DNA of 64,000 nucleotides from Bugula neritina (lineage: Eukaryota > Animalia > Bryozoa): NCBI GenBank assembly GCA_964035545.1, contig OZ037765.1, positions 18,104,995 to 18,168,994 of the forward strand, read 5' to 3'. Shown here piece by piece: positions 33,117 through 46,094 of the stretch (position 1 is its first letter; each line of letters begins with the position of its first letter). The notes under the pieces are model-generated. The model was not told the DNA's origin. It ran no database searches and was given only the letters and a program-made list of their open reading frames with translations. The translations under genes were made by a program, and so were the position numbers.

Positions 33117-35613
33117 ATGAGTAGCGAACGACACTCTCAAACTGCAAGTAAAAATAATACTGAGTCTGATGCAAAAAACACGTGTGGTACTGATACTGGT
33201 ACTGGTAGTGATACTTACAGTTACACTAACACTAGCAGTGACACAGCAAATCAAAAGGAAAACGGTTGTGTTGGAGTAGAGCCTGACGTAAACGAAGAAA
33301 CTGTTAAGATAAAATCCAATTCATCTCATTCTGATTGTGATGGTCATACGGAGACTTATAGTTACAGTGATTCACATTCAAATTTCGATGAGTTAGAAGA
33401 GCAGGGTGAAGTTGATGCTGAATTAGAAGATTTACTTGATGGTAGGCTAGTACTACTACAAGTACTAGTAGTGATAATTAATTGTATACTTATACTTATA
33501 ATACTATTAGTATTACTATTGGACTTGAAGTTAGTTCTACTAGTCCTAAGTACTCAAGTAGACAGTAGTACTCACATTCACAGTCACTAGTGCCAGTATG
33601 AGTAGTACTAGTTATATTTAATTTTATAATTTATTAATATTTCATTATTATTATTAGTATATTTGTAACTTAAGTCGTAGCTTATAATTCTGGAAAAATG
33701 GTTGGAATACCTTAACCAAAGCATCACTACTTTTATTTTCTAGACTGCTTCTAGGATGTCATAATTGTGCAGAGCAGAGTTTTAGCATTATTGAAAGTTG
33801 ATTTTGTAGTCGCAAGTCACAATTTCTTCTTGTCAAAAGAAAAGAACATTTTCAGTAGACTCTCTTTTCAAAGTTTTTGCTTACTAAATTTTTGCAATAA
33901 AAATAATATTAAAAAATATTTTCATTTCAAAGTCGTCAAAAGTGAGCTTGTGATTTACACCATTTTCAGAAAGCCTTGCTGATCTTACTACCTATACAAC
34001 AACTGCGAAGGAAAAAGTAAACATAGCAGAATCTGATGCTCCACCATCAGGCACATCATCACATGCCAAAGCTGAAAATGTAGGCAGACTCGCATTTATT
34101 ATTTTTATTTCTCTTCCTTGAGCATAACTTGCGGTGTCATTTGTATAGATATATTCTTAGTGATTGCCAAGGTACGGCTATTTAATAATTACTGTAGCAG
34201 TTATTTGTTGGTTGATAAGTAGAGCAGCAGTGGTTTGAATAATTTGGATAAAGTTTTAATCACTATTATATTGCAGTTACTTTTAAAATGAAGTTAATTA
34301 ATTTCCATTTGTCTGTAACAGAAAAATAACTAATGACAAATTGTATGATTGCTCTAGTTAGCTAAAATTAAAGGTTATCCTTTTAAGAGAGTAATCGAAA
34401 AAGGAGGTTCCACTGAGAGGGTGCTTTAGAAAGTCGTGAAGTTTAGTACTGGGGTTTAAAGCACCTTGGTGAATTACCAATACCTTTTCTCTGTTATCAG
34501 GAAAAAGATGCATTCATGCAAGCTCTGTTGGATGGAGCTATGGGTCAATCTGATTCATCTGCAGCAATTGAAGAACACCTGAAAGAGCTACTGAAAGATG
34601 ATCCTCTAGCTATGTCAGAGTTTGAAAAGCTTAGTAATCCATCTACAGGTCAGGCATATTAACTCTCCGTTAGTAAAACTTCTAGAAAGTTTTACATGCT
34701 CCCAATTGTTATTCATAGGCTAACAAATTGCATCTTATTACTCTGATTGTAGAAAGAGAATCACAAAAGGATTTTGCAGATACTTTAGCAGAGACACTAT
34801 CTAGTCTTTCTGAAAATGCAAAGTCTTTGCAGGTACAATAATTGCTATTCACCAACATAAAGATCCATTGTTAGTTCTATTTGCAGCATGCAAGCATTAA
34901 CATATTTTTATTGATAGGGACAGTTATCTGAAGATGAGTTAGTAAAGACTTTACAACAATCACTTGGTCTAGATGAAACTCCAGATGGACCAGATGGTGA
35001 TGGCTTCATGCCACTCATGCAAAACATGATGTCCAGTTTATTATCTAAGGACATATTGTACCCTTCATTAAAAGATTTAGCTGACAAAGTGAGTAATTGA
35101 AGACTGAAGACTTTTGTGTTATCAGTAAATTTTGTATTTCTGGTTTTAATTTGATTTACTGCTTTGCCTGTTGGTGCAAGTTTAAACTGTTTTTCTAGTA
35201 TCCAAGCTGGTTGAGTGCTAATAATGGTAAACTTCCAAAGAAGCAGTTTGATGTATACACCAGACAGTTCGACATAGTATCAAGATTGTGTGACCTTTAC
35301 CACTCAGAGAAATCAACAGATAGTCAGCAAGTCAAAGATGAAAGATTTGAAAAAATTCTAAATTTAATGACTGAGGTTGGTTGCTTATGATGAACTAAGT
35401 AAAGCTCCCGCTGTGTCTACATGAGCTTATATTTATATTATATACAATACTCAGTCTCTGTTTCACCAAGTGTGTTATGATGGTTTCTATTTATAGATGC
35501 AGGATTGTGGTCCACCTCCAAAAGAAATTGTCGGAGAAGTGGCTCCAGGATTAAACTTTGATGCCTCTGGGAATCCACAATTCCCTGGTATGGAGCAATG
35601 CTCAATCATGTAA
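33117..35613 (+). CDS. PEX19: Peroxisomal biogenesis factor 19
   Basis: Exons ~33117-33441, 33970-34079, 34501-34648, 34753-34832, 34918-35088, 35200-35375, 35497-35613. PEX3-binding-like DAELEDLLDESLADL, MQNMMSSLLSKDILYPSLKDLADKYPSWL, MQDCGPPPKEI, and C-terminal CaaX box CSIM*. Confidence 0.93.
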
Positions 35614-35864
35614 CTGCTCCGAGGGCTTTTAATAACGTGTTTACATATATGCAATCTGTAATTTAATGTACTTTTATTATATATAAATTATGTAATTTAT
35701 TGATTATTTTCTTCAAAAAATTTCAAATGCAATAAATTAAAAAAAAATTTGATTACAAGTATAATACAAAGGTATGTGTTCATAATATCTAGATGGTATG
35801 AAAAATGTAAAATATATTGGAATATTTCACAAAGTTAAAGTAGCCAGTGTAACCAAGTTATAAT

Positions 35865-38800
35865 CTACACTGACTGCCGTGATGCGGGAGGGTCGGTGTA
35901 CACCCCATTATTCACAAGATAATTAGACAACTCCAACTCATATTCATCATAGTCTTTCATATCTTCATCTATATTAAGGCATAGTTCATTTAGCAGTAAA
36001 TCCATTACCTAAAACATTGCACATGCTACAAATATTGCATGCAATCTCGGGCAAGTCAAATATTAAGTGCATCAGATCATTTATCAGCAATTTCAAATTA
36101 CCAGCAACATTCTTTATGGTTGGCAAAACCCAAAGATAAATACAAGCCTTCAGAGAAAAAGTTAAAAATATGTTCAGTTGAATAGCTAATGTTTTATATA
36201 CTGATTGCTCTCTGTACTACTCAACTATCGAACATGTCCTGTGAACAATAAAATGTATTTATCAATCTGATAAAAAGCAAGTAGTTGCACTTTTGTAATG
36301 CTCATCATCACTTTAGATGTAATATCTGATAGATTCTTAGCCTAAACATGAATGTCAATCGAAAGCATTATATCAACTATGTAACACTCACAGCATCAGT
36401 AACAACTCTTTCATGGAACTTTCTGACAGGATTCACATTCATTAGATCACGTTGCGATATTTCTAACTCCGACATTCTCCGTAGCAGTATATCCAGAATC
36501 ATGCCTAGAAACATTAATATGCTATTTTAATTAATTGTTTTAAAACCATAATGACAAGGTCTACATCGCCATCATTATAAAGTCATGCTCACACAAAATT
36601 CATAATTGTTACATCAAACGTTTATATTTTAAAAACCTGCCAATTAAGTTAAAATAATAATGGCCAAAGTCAGCCAATGATTCCCAAAAAAACACCAGCA
36701 TGTATGAACAATGACTTCTTGATGGTGGACAGCTGGAGGCCTTCTAAGTTAAATTTTGGATTGCATTTGCTTTAACAAAAATACCTAAGTAAATTAATAA
36801 TATGAAGAGGTAGGTGCAGTAATGGAGAAAAGCCTGTGTTCTAGATAAAAAATGTAGCAAAAGAAGTTGTGTTCTCACAAGAATTTCAACCTTCGCCCAA
36901 AATAAAATTAAAGAACTTAGGCTATCTTAAGTTCTCCACTACTGCTTCTAAATGGATATAATCACATATTAAGTATGAATATATTGTGAACTAAAGTTTT
37001 ATGGAGAATAAAACGACATGTTTTGGCATTTATTCACAAAGCTACCCAGATGTACATCAGAACATTAAGATTCAGGATTTAACCGCTACACGATATGAAA
37101 ACTAAATGGTCAGGAGCACCCACTATCTTGTGCACAATGAGCCGCTGGAGTAGAGTCCACATGTATCCTTTCCTGTTTCAGTATCTGCTCTAGTGCGTTC
37201 TCTAGAATTATGCCATCCAAAAACTTTTCATTTGCTCCCTCAGACAGCTGTGAACATTAAAACATGAACATACAACAAATTTAATTTATAATATTCATTT
37301 ACAATGCTTTACACTCAACTCATTAGCGTAAAATAATATAAAATGCTTTTGTAAAATGTAAAGTTTCAGTTTCTAATGTTCAGAAAGCACAACTCCCAAT
37401 GCATTTAATGTAATGCACACTTGTATACCATGGGGCATAGGCAAAACTTGAAATCACAACACTCAAGCAAATGGAAGTTTAAAATATAATAAAAGAAAGT
37501 AACAAAAGTAAGAACGAGCTTCCACTCATCTTCATCTAATAAACTTGTTACTACTGTGTTACTGCTGAAGTATTATTTTTAGTTTTACAATATTAAATTG
37601 AGTAATTTATTGATGGCGTTCTAAGAACAGTCATATGTTAGCACATAGCATTTATATGATTTAAAAACATTTTATGCCTTATGGTCTGCTGCAAAAAAAA
37701 ATTTGAATTGCAAAATCTCAATAGACTTTCATGTAACTTCTGCCAATGATGTCTGCACTCTGACTCTGTGAAACTCGCGCAAGTTTATAGTCACCATCTC
37801 TGTGAGAAAACCCCTGATGGAAAAGGTTTTTTTTAAGCGGGCTAAAGACTTATTCATATGTGATACAGGAACAATTGTGACTGAATGATCTTCCTAACAT
37901 CACCAATAGCCTTTGTCGGAGTTCGAACCCATGACTTGGTGTTTACTAAGCAAACGCTCTAACCCCTAGACCACAGCTGCTCCCTACTCTGACTCTGTAA
38001 GCAGCGTTTTGAATTGAAGCAACAAAAAGTCAAGTTAAAATGAAAATTCTGAAAGTTGAGGTTGACAAAAAGATATAAATAAAATGATAAAAAATAAAAT
38101 AGAGGGAAAATCAGTTGTTTTTATTTTGGTACCAACAGATAGACACTATTGTAACTTTTGTCAAGCTTTAATGTTCTTAGGGGTTTATCAAAGGTTTTAT
38201 AATAGTGCAGCCATGTTTGCAAAAGCTTGTTGTAAGAGTTGACTCAACCATAAAGATTTCATGTGTTTATTATAGGAGCTAGTAGTTTGATTGTAAACAC
38301 AACTATGAGCCATGAGAAACATCATTCATGGTGAACTTTTTATAAGATATAAGTTTTGAATCATTAAATAATGTAAATGCCTTTTTAATTTTGTATGGTT
38401 GAACTTATAAACATGTACATATAATTTTTTATAAAACCTCTTTGTATTCGTCTCCCCTAGTCTTATCTTCAGCACTTTCTATAGCATCAAAAGCAATATC
38501 TATGAGCAGATCATCAACCACTGGATTTGTAACATGATGACTGAGTAGTTCTTCTTCAACAGCTTCTGTTGTAATCTCATTAAACTACAAAATGCAAAGA
38601 AAGCATGAAAAAGCAAATATAATGTTCTTCTTTGACTATCACATTATGTGCTGATTAATTAAAAATGTCTCAAATCTATGATATCACTATTGTGATCAAA
38701 GTATTTTCTGTATTCTACTAAAGTATAAATGTTTTGCACACACTGAGATTTTCAGTTAAACTCAGTAATAACCTCAATAGACCAATTTCATAGCTGTATT

Positions 38801-41800
38801 ACTGTTTTGCTGATAACAATTTGACATAACTAACCATAGAATATACAGTTTCAGTTGTAATCTCATCAGTAAGCTTTGCTAAGGTTTTCTCAGGAGCTGA
38901 TTTGTCTAGAAAGCCTTGAACAAACTCAGCACAAGTCTCTCGTACAACAGCTGCAACTTGCTGGTAGAGATAGTCGCTGATTAAGTCATCAACTACTTGT
39001 TTAGATGCTTCTGCCTGACCTATTAGAGTTTGTACCTGTTCAGTATCGCCCCACATGTCCACCCTGTAATAGCATATGCTTTAAACAGCTAGTGTAGGAA
39101 ACTTAGACATTGTTGAAGTCAACAAACATCAGACTGAGACAAGTAGTTGAATGAAAAAGGTTGTGTTGTAAGAATTTTAGTTGTCATCTTTATTACTAAT
39201 ATAATATCCACTGCTGTCATCTACGAAGTAACTAAAACATTAAAGCTGACATAATAGTTTACTTAAATATTTAAAACAAAATGAGAAATAAAATGCGTTA
39301 CTTTTATTAATTCTAAAGCCTCATTGGAACTTTCTCCAATTCTCCTAGTTAGACTTTTAAAACATACAATATCAGTTACCGAGCTTCAACAAAGCTTTTA
39401 TACTCTCAAACCGCATAAATTCAGTACCAGAAAAGGAGTAGATCCAAGGCCAGCACTAAGTTGAAGATGCTTTCGAAAGACTACAAACTCTGAGTATTTA
39501 CTTCATGAGACATCCATTATAATATTAAATATTTCATGGTATATTGAGTCACCTAAGCTCAAAGAGGAGATTCAAACTAGTATATTCTGCAATTGATCTT
39601 TCAAATATTATGTGATTTAAATTAGGCATTATAAAAAAGCAACTTGTCTGTGAACTGGTAGGTATTATTAGTTGTATTAGACTACTCAGTACTCACATTA
39701 TGTGACCTAATTATAGAGATTTTATTACAAGTTAATTCAAGTTGAGTGGATTCAGCTTAATCTATTTATTGATTTAATTTATACCTGAACTGTTTTTGTT
39801 TTATCATGACTTGATTAGACTTGGTTAGCCATTGATTTTATTTGATTTGCTCTGAAGAGACCAATGTATTTGTATGTTTTAGTTTATTTTTGACAAACAG
39901 CTAGCATTATTTTTTCATTACTAATAGCACTAAGCTAGAAGTTAGCACTCTTGACTTTGATTAGTATAAAGATGGTGAGTGTAATATGCACTTACCTTGT
40001 TGGTAGCTGGGCTCCAGTCATACGCTGGGTGAACTGAGTGTGTTGTGGGACTCTAGAATAATGGCCTGGTTTAGATTTCTAAAATTTAAGTTTCATACGC
40101 TTTAAAAAAGACAGTTAATAGCAGATCTATAGAGTATCAATAGCACTAGGAAATAACTTACAGTATAAGCCTATTAGAAAATACCAGTGAGTCATTGCTT
40201 GTAATTTGGGAGCCAATTAGCTAAAATAATTTCGTGAATGTAATAATACATAAAATTGTCAAATGCAAATAAAATCATGACACCATCTATCCAAAAATTA
40301 CTAGATGTCATCTGTAGGCAACATAAATGGCTAACATTAAAATAGTCAAATGGAGACAAAAAACGATAATAAAACGTTTAGTGGTTCTTTCGTTTTAGCC
40401 TTTAAAACATGTATATACTTTAATATAATACTAATGTTTCGTAAAAAAGAAATATTGACACTAACAGAAATTGCCTCTGCAATTATCAGAATCAGCAGCT
40501 TATATTTTACATTGTTTTGCAGAAAAATTGGTTTAACAAGTCAAAAATTTAGGAATGGTAAACATACTTACTCTGTTATACATCTCATCAAGGAGTTCTA
40601 TTAAAAGATCAGGAATCATTTCATCATGAAGATATGAATTAATAAAATCGTCAGAATATCTCTGTGCAAAGTGTCTGTCATCATAGAAATGCAATGTTGC
40701 CTGGCCAATTAGCTTTTTTTCCTCCTCTACTGACAATCTTTTTGGATAAATACGTGGAGAATGATTGTGAGTTTGAATATGATTTGAGTGATAGTGACTC
40801 GGTGGCATTCGCTCATATGGTGTAACATCAGTTTGAGTTTCAGTGCTGACTCCAACTCTTTTACTCTCACGTGTCTACAAATATTGACAGCTTTGATAAC
40901 ATAACATAGTGAAAAACTTATCAATAAATCTGTCAGTAAACTCCGCTTAATTAGTTTTAGAGTTCAAATCTATTCATTAACCACTAACCAATGTGGTGTG
41001 TTTAGACTTTGATCCAATGCCATCATTTTTGCGTAGATGTGACTTTTTAATTGGTTCTTTATTTAAGAAGCCAGGGTGTTGAACTGGAACTAAGGCAAAG
41101 CTCATGGGAGGTAAAGGGAAATTAGGCTGTTTTGTGTCCAAATGATTAGATTTATAGTTGTAAGCATCTTCATCAGAGGTTTCGCTTTTCTCACCCCAAC
41201 TGTCATCATCTTCTGCAGTCCTTCAAATTTCCAGTTAACTCATTTATAATAAATTGTTGGCACAGTTTTAATTCGCATTATATATGTTCTATATTCACAA
41301 TGTTCTTATGCTCCAAATGGATCCACTGGTATGGATGGATTTGCAGTTCGTCAATTTAACCTATGGTTGTGGTTTCATTCAACTGATACTGTCCGCATTG
41401 CATAATTCAAAGCTAGGGGGACAAAGCCATAGGGACGAAGCCATGGGAACGAAGCCATGGGGACAGAGTGATACAGATGATCTATATCCAATGTCAAACA
41501 TTTCACATCAAATCAATTATTCAATTAGAAAACAAGTTAGAGCAGCATTACTTTAGTAGGAACACCATTTACACTCTACAGCAATATTATTACTAATTTA
41601 CCTCTCAAAAGCATTCATTTTTGGTGCTAAAGATGGCACAACTTTGTACTTAGAAATAGGAGATTTTCCTTCTGCTGCTCTGTTTCTAAAAACATATTAC
41701 TAAAATAAAATTTTAAGTTGTATCAACAAATTAAATAATAGCCTCAAGTAGGTGGAGCAATTGAGAAAAGACTGTGTTCTAGACTAGAAATGTAGCAAAA

Positions 41801-43090
41801 GAAGGTGTGTTCTCGCAAGAATTTCAACCCCTGCCCCAAACATAAACTTATTTCAAGAACTTTGGCTATCTTAATTTCTCAACTACTGCACCTAAATAAA
41901 ACCATTAAGAAACAATGATTTAAAATCAACATGCCTAAAAATTCAAATCATTTTTAATATTAATAATATAATTGCCTCTTCACCTTTCCAGTGCTCGAGC
42001 TTTTTGCAAAACATCATTGCTGTTTTTAGTTTTGAGTTTCTTTGATCGAACTTTTTTCAAGCTAAAAGTATATTAACAAATTAACACCACATTGAAATAA
42101 CCTACTACTTTTATTATTCAATGTACAGTTATAGTCAACAAGTGACAATGTTAGCAATGTTCTCCACTCTAAACTGCCAATAATGACAAGTAACAAAAAG
42201 AAACTCTAAATAATCAGTTTTGGCATTAATAACATGAGCTGAATTTATCTATAAATTAAAGAGCTCCAATACACAAGAATTTTTTTAAATTTTAATTTTT
42301 TAAAATTATCTTTTCAAAGCAATTTCAAAAAGATAGGCACTCAATAGCTGTTAAATTACTTGATAAAAATACTTCTCATTGTAATTTTTACTACGTCCTT
42401 AGTGATCAAAATCAAACCATGAGATATTTTGTTACATAGTATCATCATCAAATCTACTTTTTGATTGGTCAAGTTTTAAAGCAAAGAAGTTAATAATATT
42501 AATTTAAGCCAAGAAGGATGTAGGGCAAAATATGAACAAGAACTAGGTTTTTTGTTCAAGTAGATTTGACATAAATTCTCTTATTTGAGTTAAAAACAAA
42601 CTTTGTTAGTACCAGTGCAAATTGTGACAAAGTTACTTTTAAATTGAATGTAAAATTTGAAAAATAGTCTCGAGCAACAATTAATTTAACATTGTTATCA
42701 ACATTAATATCATTGTAACATACAAAGTTGAATAACCCAATGGCTATAGTTGAACTGTCCATCACAAATTACACACAGGATAGATGATTAATGTAAGCCC
42801 TTTGTTCTTTACCTACATTAAAAATAACAAGTTTAAAAATTACCAGTTATCAATTTAACATAATTTTGATTTAGAAGCCGGAACAAAGTTGTGACTGATC
42901 AAAATTATAAAAATAGCATGTGCATTATTTTGTAAAGCTTTCATTTTTTTACATGAAACATTATAAGCCTGCCAAAGACATATGACTAACAAAACCTCAG
43001 AAAATCCATGTAAAGCTTGAATTTTATGCAACTTTTTATGATTTAAAAAACAGTGTACCTTTGTGAATGCTCATTCCATCGGTTCTCCAT
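35865..43090 (-). CDS. Uncharacterised multi-exon protein (basic N-terminus, acidic helical C-terminal half)
   Basis: GT-AG exons with open frames at ~43059-43090 (MENRWNEHSQ), 41984-42061, 41602-41685, ~40572-41212 (one or more exons, structure unresolved), 39996-40078, 38834-39064, 38439-38585, 37124-37247, 36392-36505, 35865-36008 (..YTDPPASRQSV*). No family recognised. Confidence 0.7.
36810..36949 (+). mobile_element. MITE-like repeat, copy 2 of 3
   Basis: TAGGTGCAGTAATGGAGAA ... TTCTCCACTACTGCTTCTA terminal inverted repeats; internal sequence shared with the copies at 21798 and 41748. Confidence 0.75.
37770..37985 (-). mobile_element. tRNA-derived SINE, copy 2, with a 13-bp target-site duplication
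   Basis: Reverse complement of the 30114 SINE; flanked by the direct repeat ACTCTGACTCTGT at 37757-37769 and 37986-37998. Confidence 0.9.
41417..41466. repeat. 14-bp GC-rich tandem repeat (~3.5 units)
   Basis: ggggacaaagccat / agggacgaagccat / gggaacgaagccat / ggggacag. Confidence 0.8.
41748..41894 (+). mobile_element. MITE-like repeat, copy 3 of 3
   Basis: TAGGTGGAGCAATTGAGAA ... TTCTCAACTACTGCACCTA terminal inverted repeats; same internal sequence as the other two copies. Confidence 0.75.
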
Positions 43091-43668
43091 TCTTGCTTAA
43101 CTAATCTCAGCCATGAACTTGTATTCAGATATTAAACATCCAACATCACGCTAAAAATATTGAAAATGGCCAAGTCAAAAAACAATCATAATATCTTATA
43201 ATAAAGTTATAATTCTGTCACTTCTCTTTATAGGAATTAAAACCATAATTATTGGGTTACAAGTATTATATTGATATACCTCTATTCTAACTCATACTTA
43301 CACTCCTAATAACAATGACCATAAAAATGGGAATAAAATGAGAGTATTTTGATTAAGATCAAAATCATAAGAAAAGATATAATCAAAACTTTTGAGAACA
43401 AAAATTGTAAAACTTTCAGCACAGCCAGGCTTCAGAATCAAATAATTCTTGCATATGCCCTAATATAATCTAGCCACTCTTTAAGAAAAAGGCGGAGATA
43501 AACTTTTGTAATGTGTACTGAGGAAACATAATTACAGTCACTGCCTAACATTTTTTATATTCCAACAAATGCCGCAGGTAGGTATAGAGCTTGGTAAATG
43601 ACTTTTGTCAGCAATGATACAACTGGGATTCAGACCCACAATTTTTGATTGAGTATCACTCGATATAG

Positions 43669-46094
43669 TGTAATGGCTCATGGACCTGCTCACCTACCAT
43701 GTTCCCGACCATGATAACTCTGTCCATGAGTATGTGGGTGAATTGGTAGAACGCATGAGGGCGCACATGAAATGCTTCGAGAGAAGCAATGGCAAGTGCG
43801 GACCGAGAATTCTGATGAGGCTCCCCTATATCAGGTGGGGGACTGGGTCTGGATGGCCAACTACCGCAGGCGTCGCGGACAAGCGGCTAAGCTACAGCCC
43901 AAGTTCGTGGGGCCCTACTTGGTAGTCGAGGTGATGCCCAACCATACCTACAAGATCAAGCACTCAGAACAGGTGTCTATCCAGAGCGAAGCTCGCTTGA
44001 AGCCGTATTGGGCTAGCCCCGATGCGGTAAGAAAAGCCCCCCCTCCCCGTTGCTGGAGCCCAAGAAGCAGACAGCAACGGGTGGACGGCAGCAGCACGGA
44101 CCCAAATACGAAGTGATAGTGCCGCGGGAGAAAGATCTGGGCAGAGACGAGCGACCACTTCCGCCACCGGAAGAGTTTCCGCCGCCTCCAATGCCAGACC
44201 TGACGCCATCACTTCCAGAACCCGAGCCGGGCCTGCAGGTTGAGGCCCCCGCAAAAGAGAGGGATCTCGCAGTGGAAACTCTGGGGGAAGTCAGAACGGA
44301 GCCAATCACCTCGAACCCGGTAGCTCCACTTGTGAAACTCTCGAGTTTACCTGTAGAAGCACCGTCCTTCTTGAAGAGAAGTCAACACACCAGACAACCT
44401 CCAACTTACCTACAGGACTTTGTGTGTGACTGCGTAGAAAGCGACACACTACCTGGTCAAACGGATGGTTCTGCAACAAATTATCCAACACCACTGGGGA
44501 GTTGTGTGCTCCACGGGAAGATTGACTTTTGCGAGGGCGGAGCAATGAGCAAAATTAATCCGCCAATTTCGAAATGCCCCAGTCGTTTGCAACAATCACA
44601 TTGCCCAGTCTTTTTCTATGCCGATGCGGTCAAGAGCAAATGTACTAGTAGACACATAGAGTAATTATTCCTATTATTCGAGTATGCCACACAATACCGA
44701 GTCACGGGGTGCCACTCGACTTGCCGCTATGGGTTCTAGGACATCCACCTTTACTTGGCAGCATGACCACGTGCCTAGTCAACCTCCCTCTCCCCTAATG
44801 GACTTCGAGGATAGAGAATTGCCAGCGCCGCTCCGCCGTCGGTGAGTGTCGTCGGTCACGGAACGGAAAGTTGAGATCGCTTGGGGTGCCGGTGGAAGCA
44901 CCACATCCCAGTTGTGTCATAAAACTTCCCCATCTATCCGTTCTCTGATGGCACAGGTGGACGCTCACTATTTGTTGGTCTTCTGTCCCTGTGGATATCA
45001 CGACGTACACTCATATGCCATCTCAGAACACCAAGCTCGGGCTGGCTGTTACCCAGGAGCCACATACACAGTAGATGCCAACAATTATGAAGAGTTCTTT
45101 AAAATCATTCGCCCGCTAGTATATTAAGGCCTGCTTCTAACCATTCCTTCCCAAGGGTTCCTGACACTACAAGAAGGCGTAGGTCATCGGTCCCATCTTT
45201 TGACTAGGCAATCTGGACCAACCCCTCCACTAATGAAATGGGCGACCCCGAGTACAATAGAAGAAGAAGTGGATCCACCTCTCAGTGACCCTCCCCCTGT
45301 GACCAAATGTCCTAGCCGGTTGTCTACTGTAGATGAGAGACTCCAGCAGCTACAAGTTGACTTTAGTCAACTGGCACCCCGACTTTTGGCCGCTACCACT
45401 GGACTGTACCAGTTGAAAGACTCTGTGGGACGCCTTAAGCAAAGACTTCGTGCACGCCAGCCCAAGTCTCGTCCATACCAAGCTAGATAATAATCTCCAT
45501 AGGGAGCATATGTCTGTGAATTATGTTCTTCCCGTCTCTCTTGGTGGACAACGCTGTGTGCATGTAGATGACACTCTTCTTATGTCTATATAATATGTAG
45601 CATTACTGATATACCTGTGTATTATTTCTCTCGTAATATATATTAATATATATATATGTGTGTGTGTAACATTTTTTTATTATTATTGTAATGTTTTCGC
45701 CATCCTCAAAAAGTGGGCTTTCTGCTGGTGGGGGCGGTGCAATAGCTCATAGACTTTCGAAGGGGGACCCGTCATTTCCCCTTCTCTACTACTAACGTAT
45801 ATCTAGTCATGGCGTTTCTCTTGTATTCCCCCGTTTATCGTGTGGAAGTCCACGTGGCCCGTCATGTTGAACTATATCTAACCCCCAATCAACATAGGGG
45901 TCAACACGTGGATAAGAGATGAGAGGACAATGTTTTCCGGCAGACAGTTACAACCGCTTAGGCTAGAACTACAGACCTGTTTTCTTACTACTCTGATATT
46001 CTTTTTGTTTACTTTACTGATGTAATCCATTTTCAATATTTGTATATCCTCGTTTAAATAAAGCATTCGCACTCGGTGAAGTTTTTGCACTGCA
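43669..46094 (+). mobile_element. Decayed Ty3/Gypsy LTR retrotransposon: integrase C-terminus, extra ORF, polypurine tract and 3' LTR
   Basis: Sharp GC shift; frameshifted integrase C-terminal GPY/F region (YQVGDWVWM...KLQPKFVGPYLVVEV...RLKPY); purine-rich GGTGGGGGCGG just before TG at 45738; LTR ~45738-46094 with AATAAA at 46057 and a TGCA end. No TSD identified. Confidence 0.85.
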
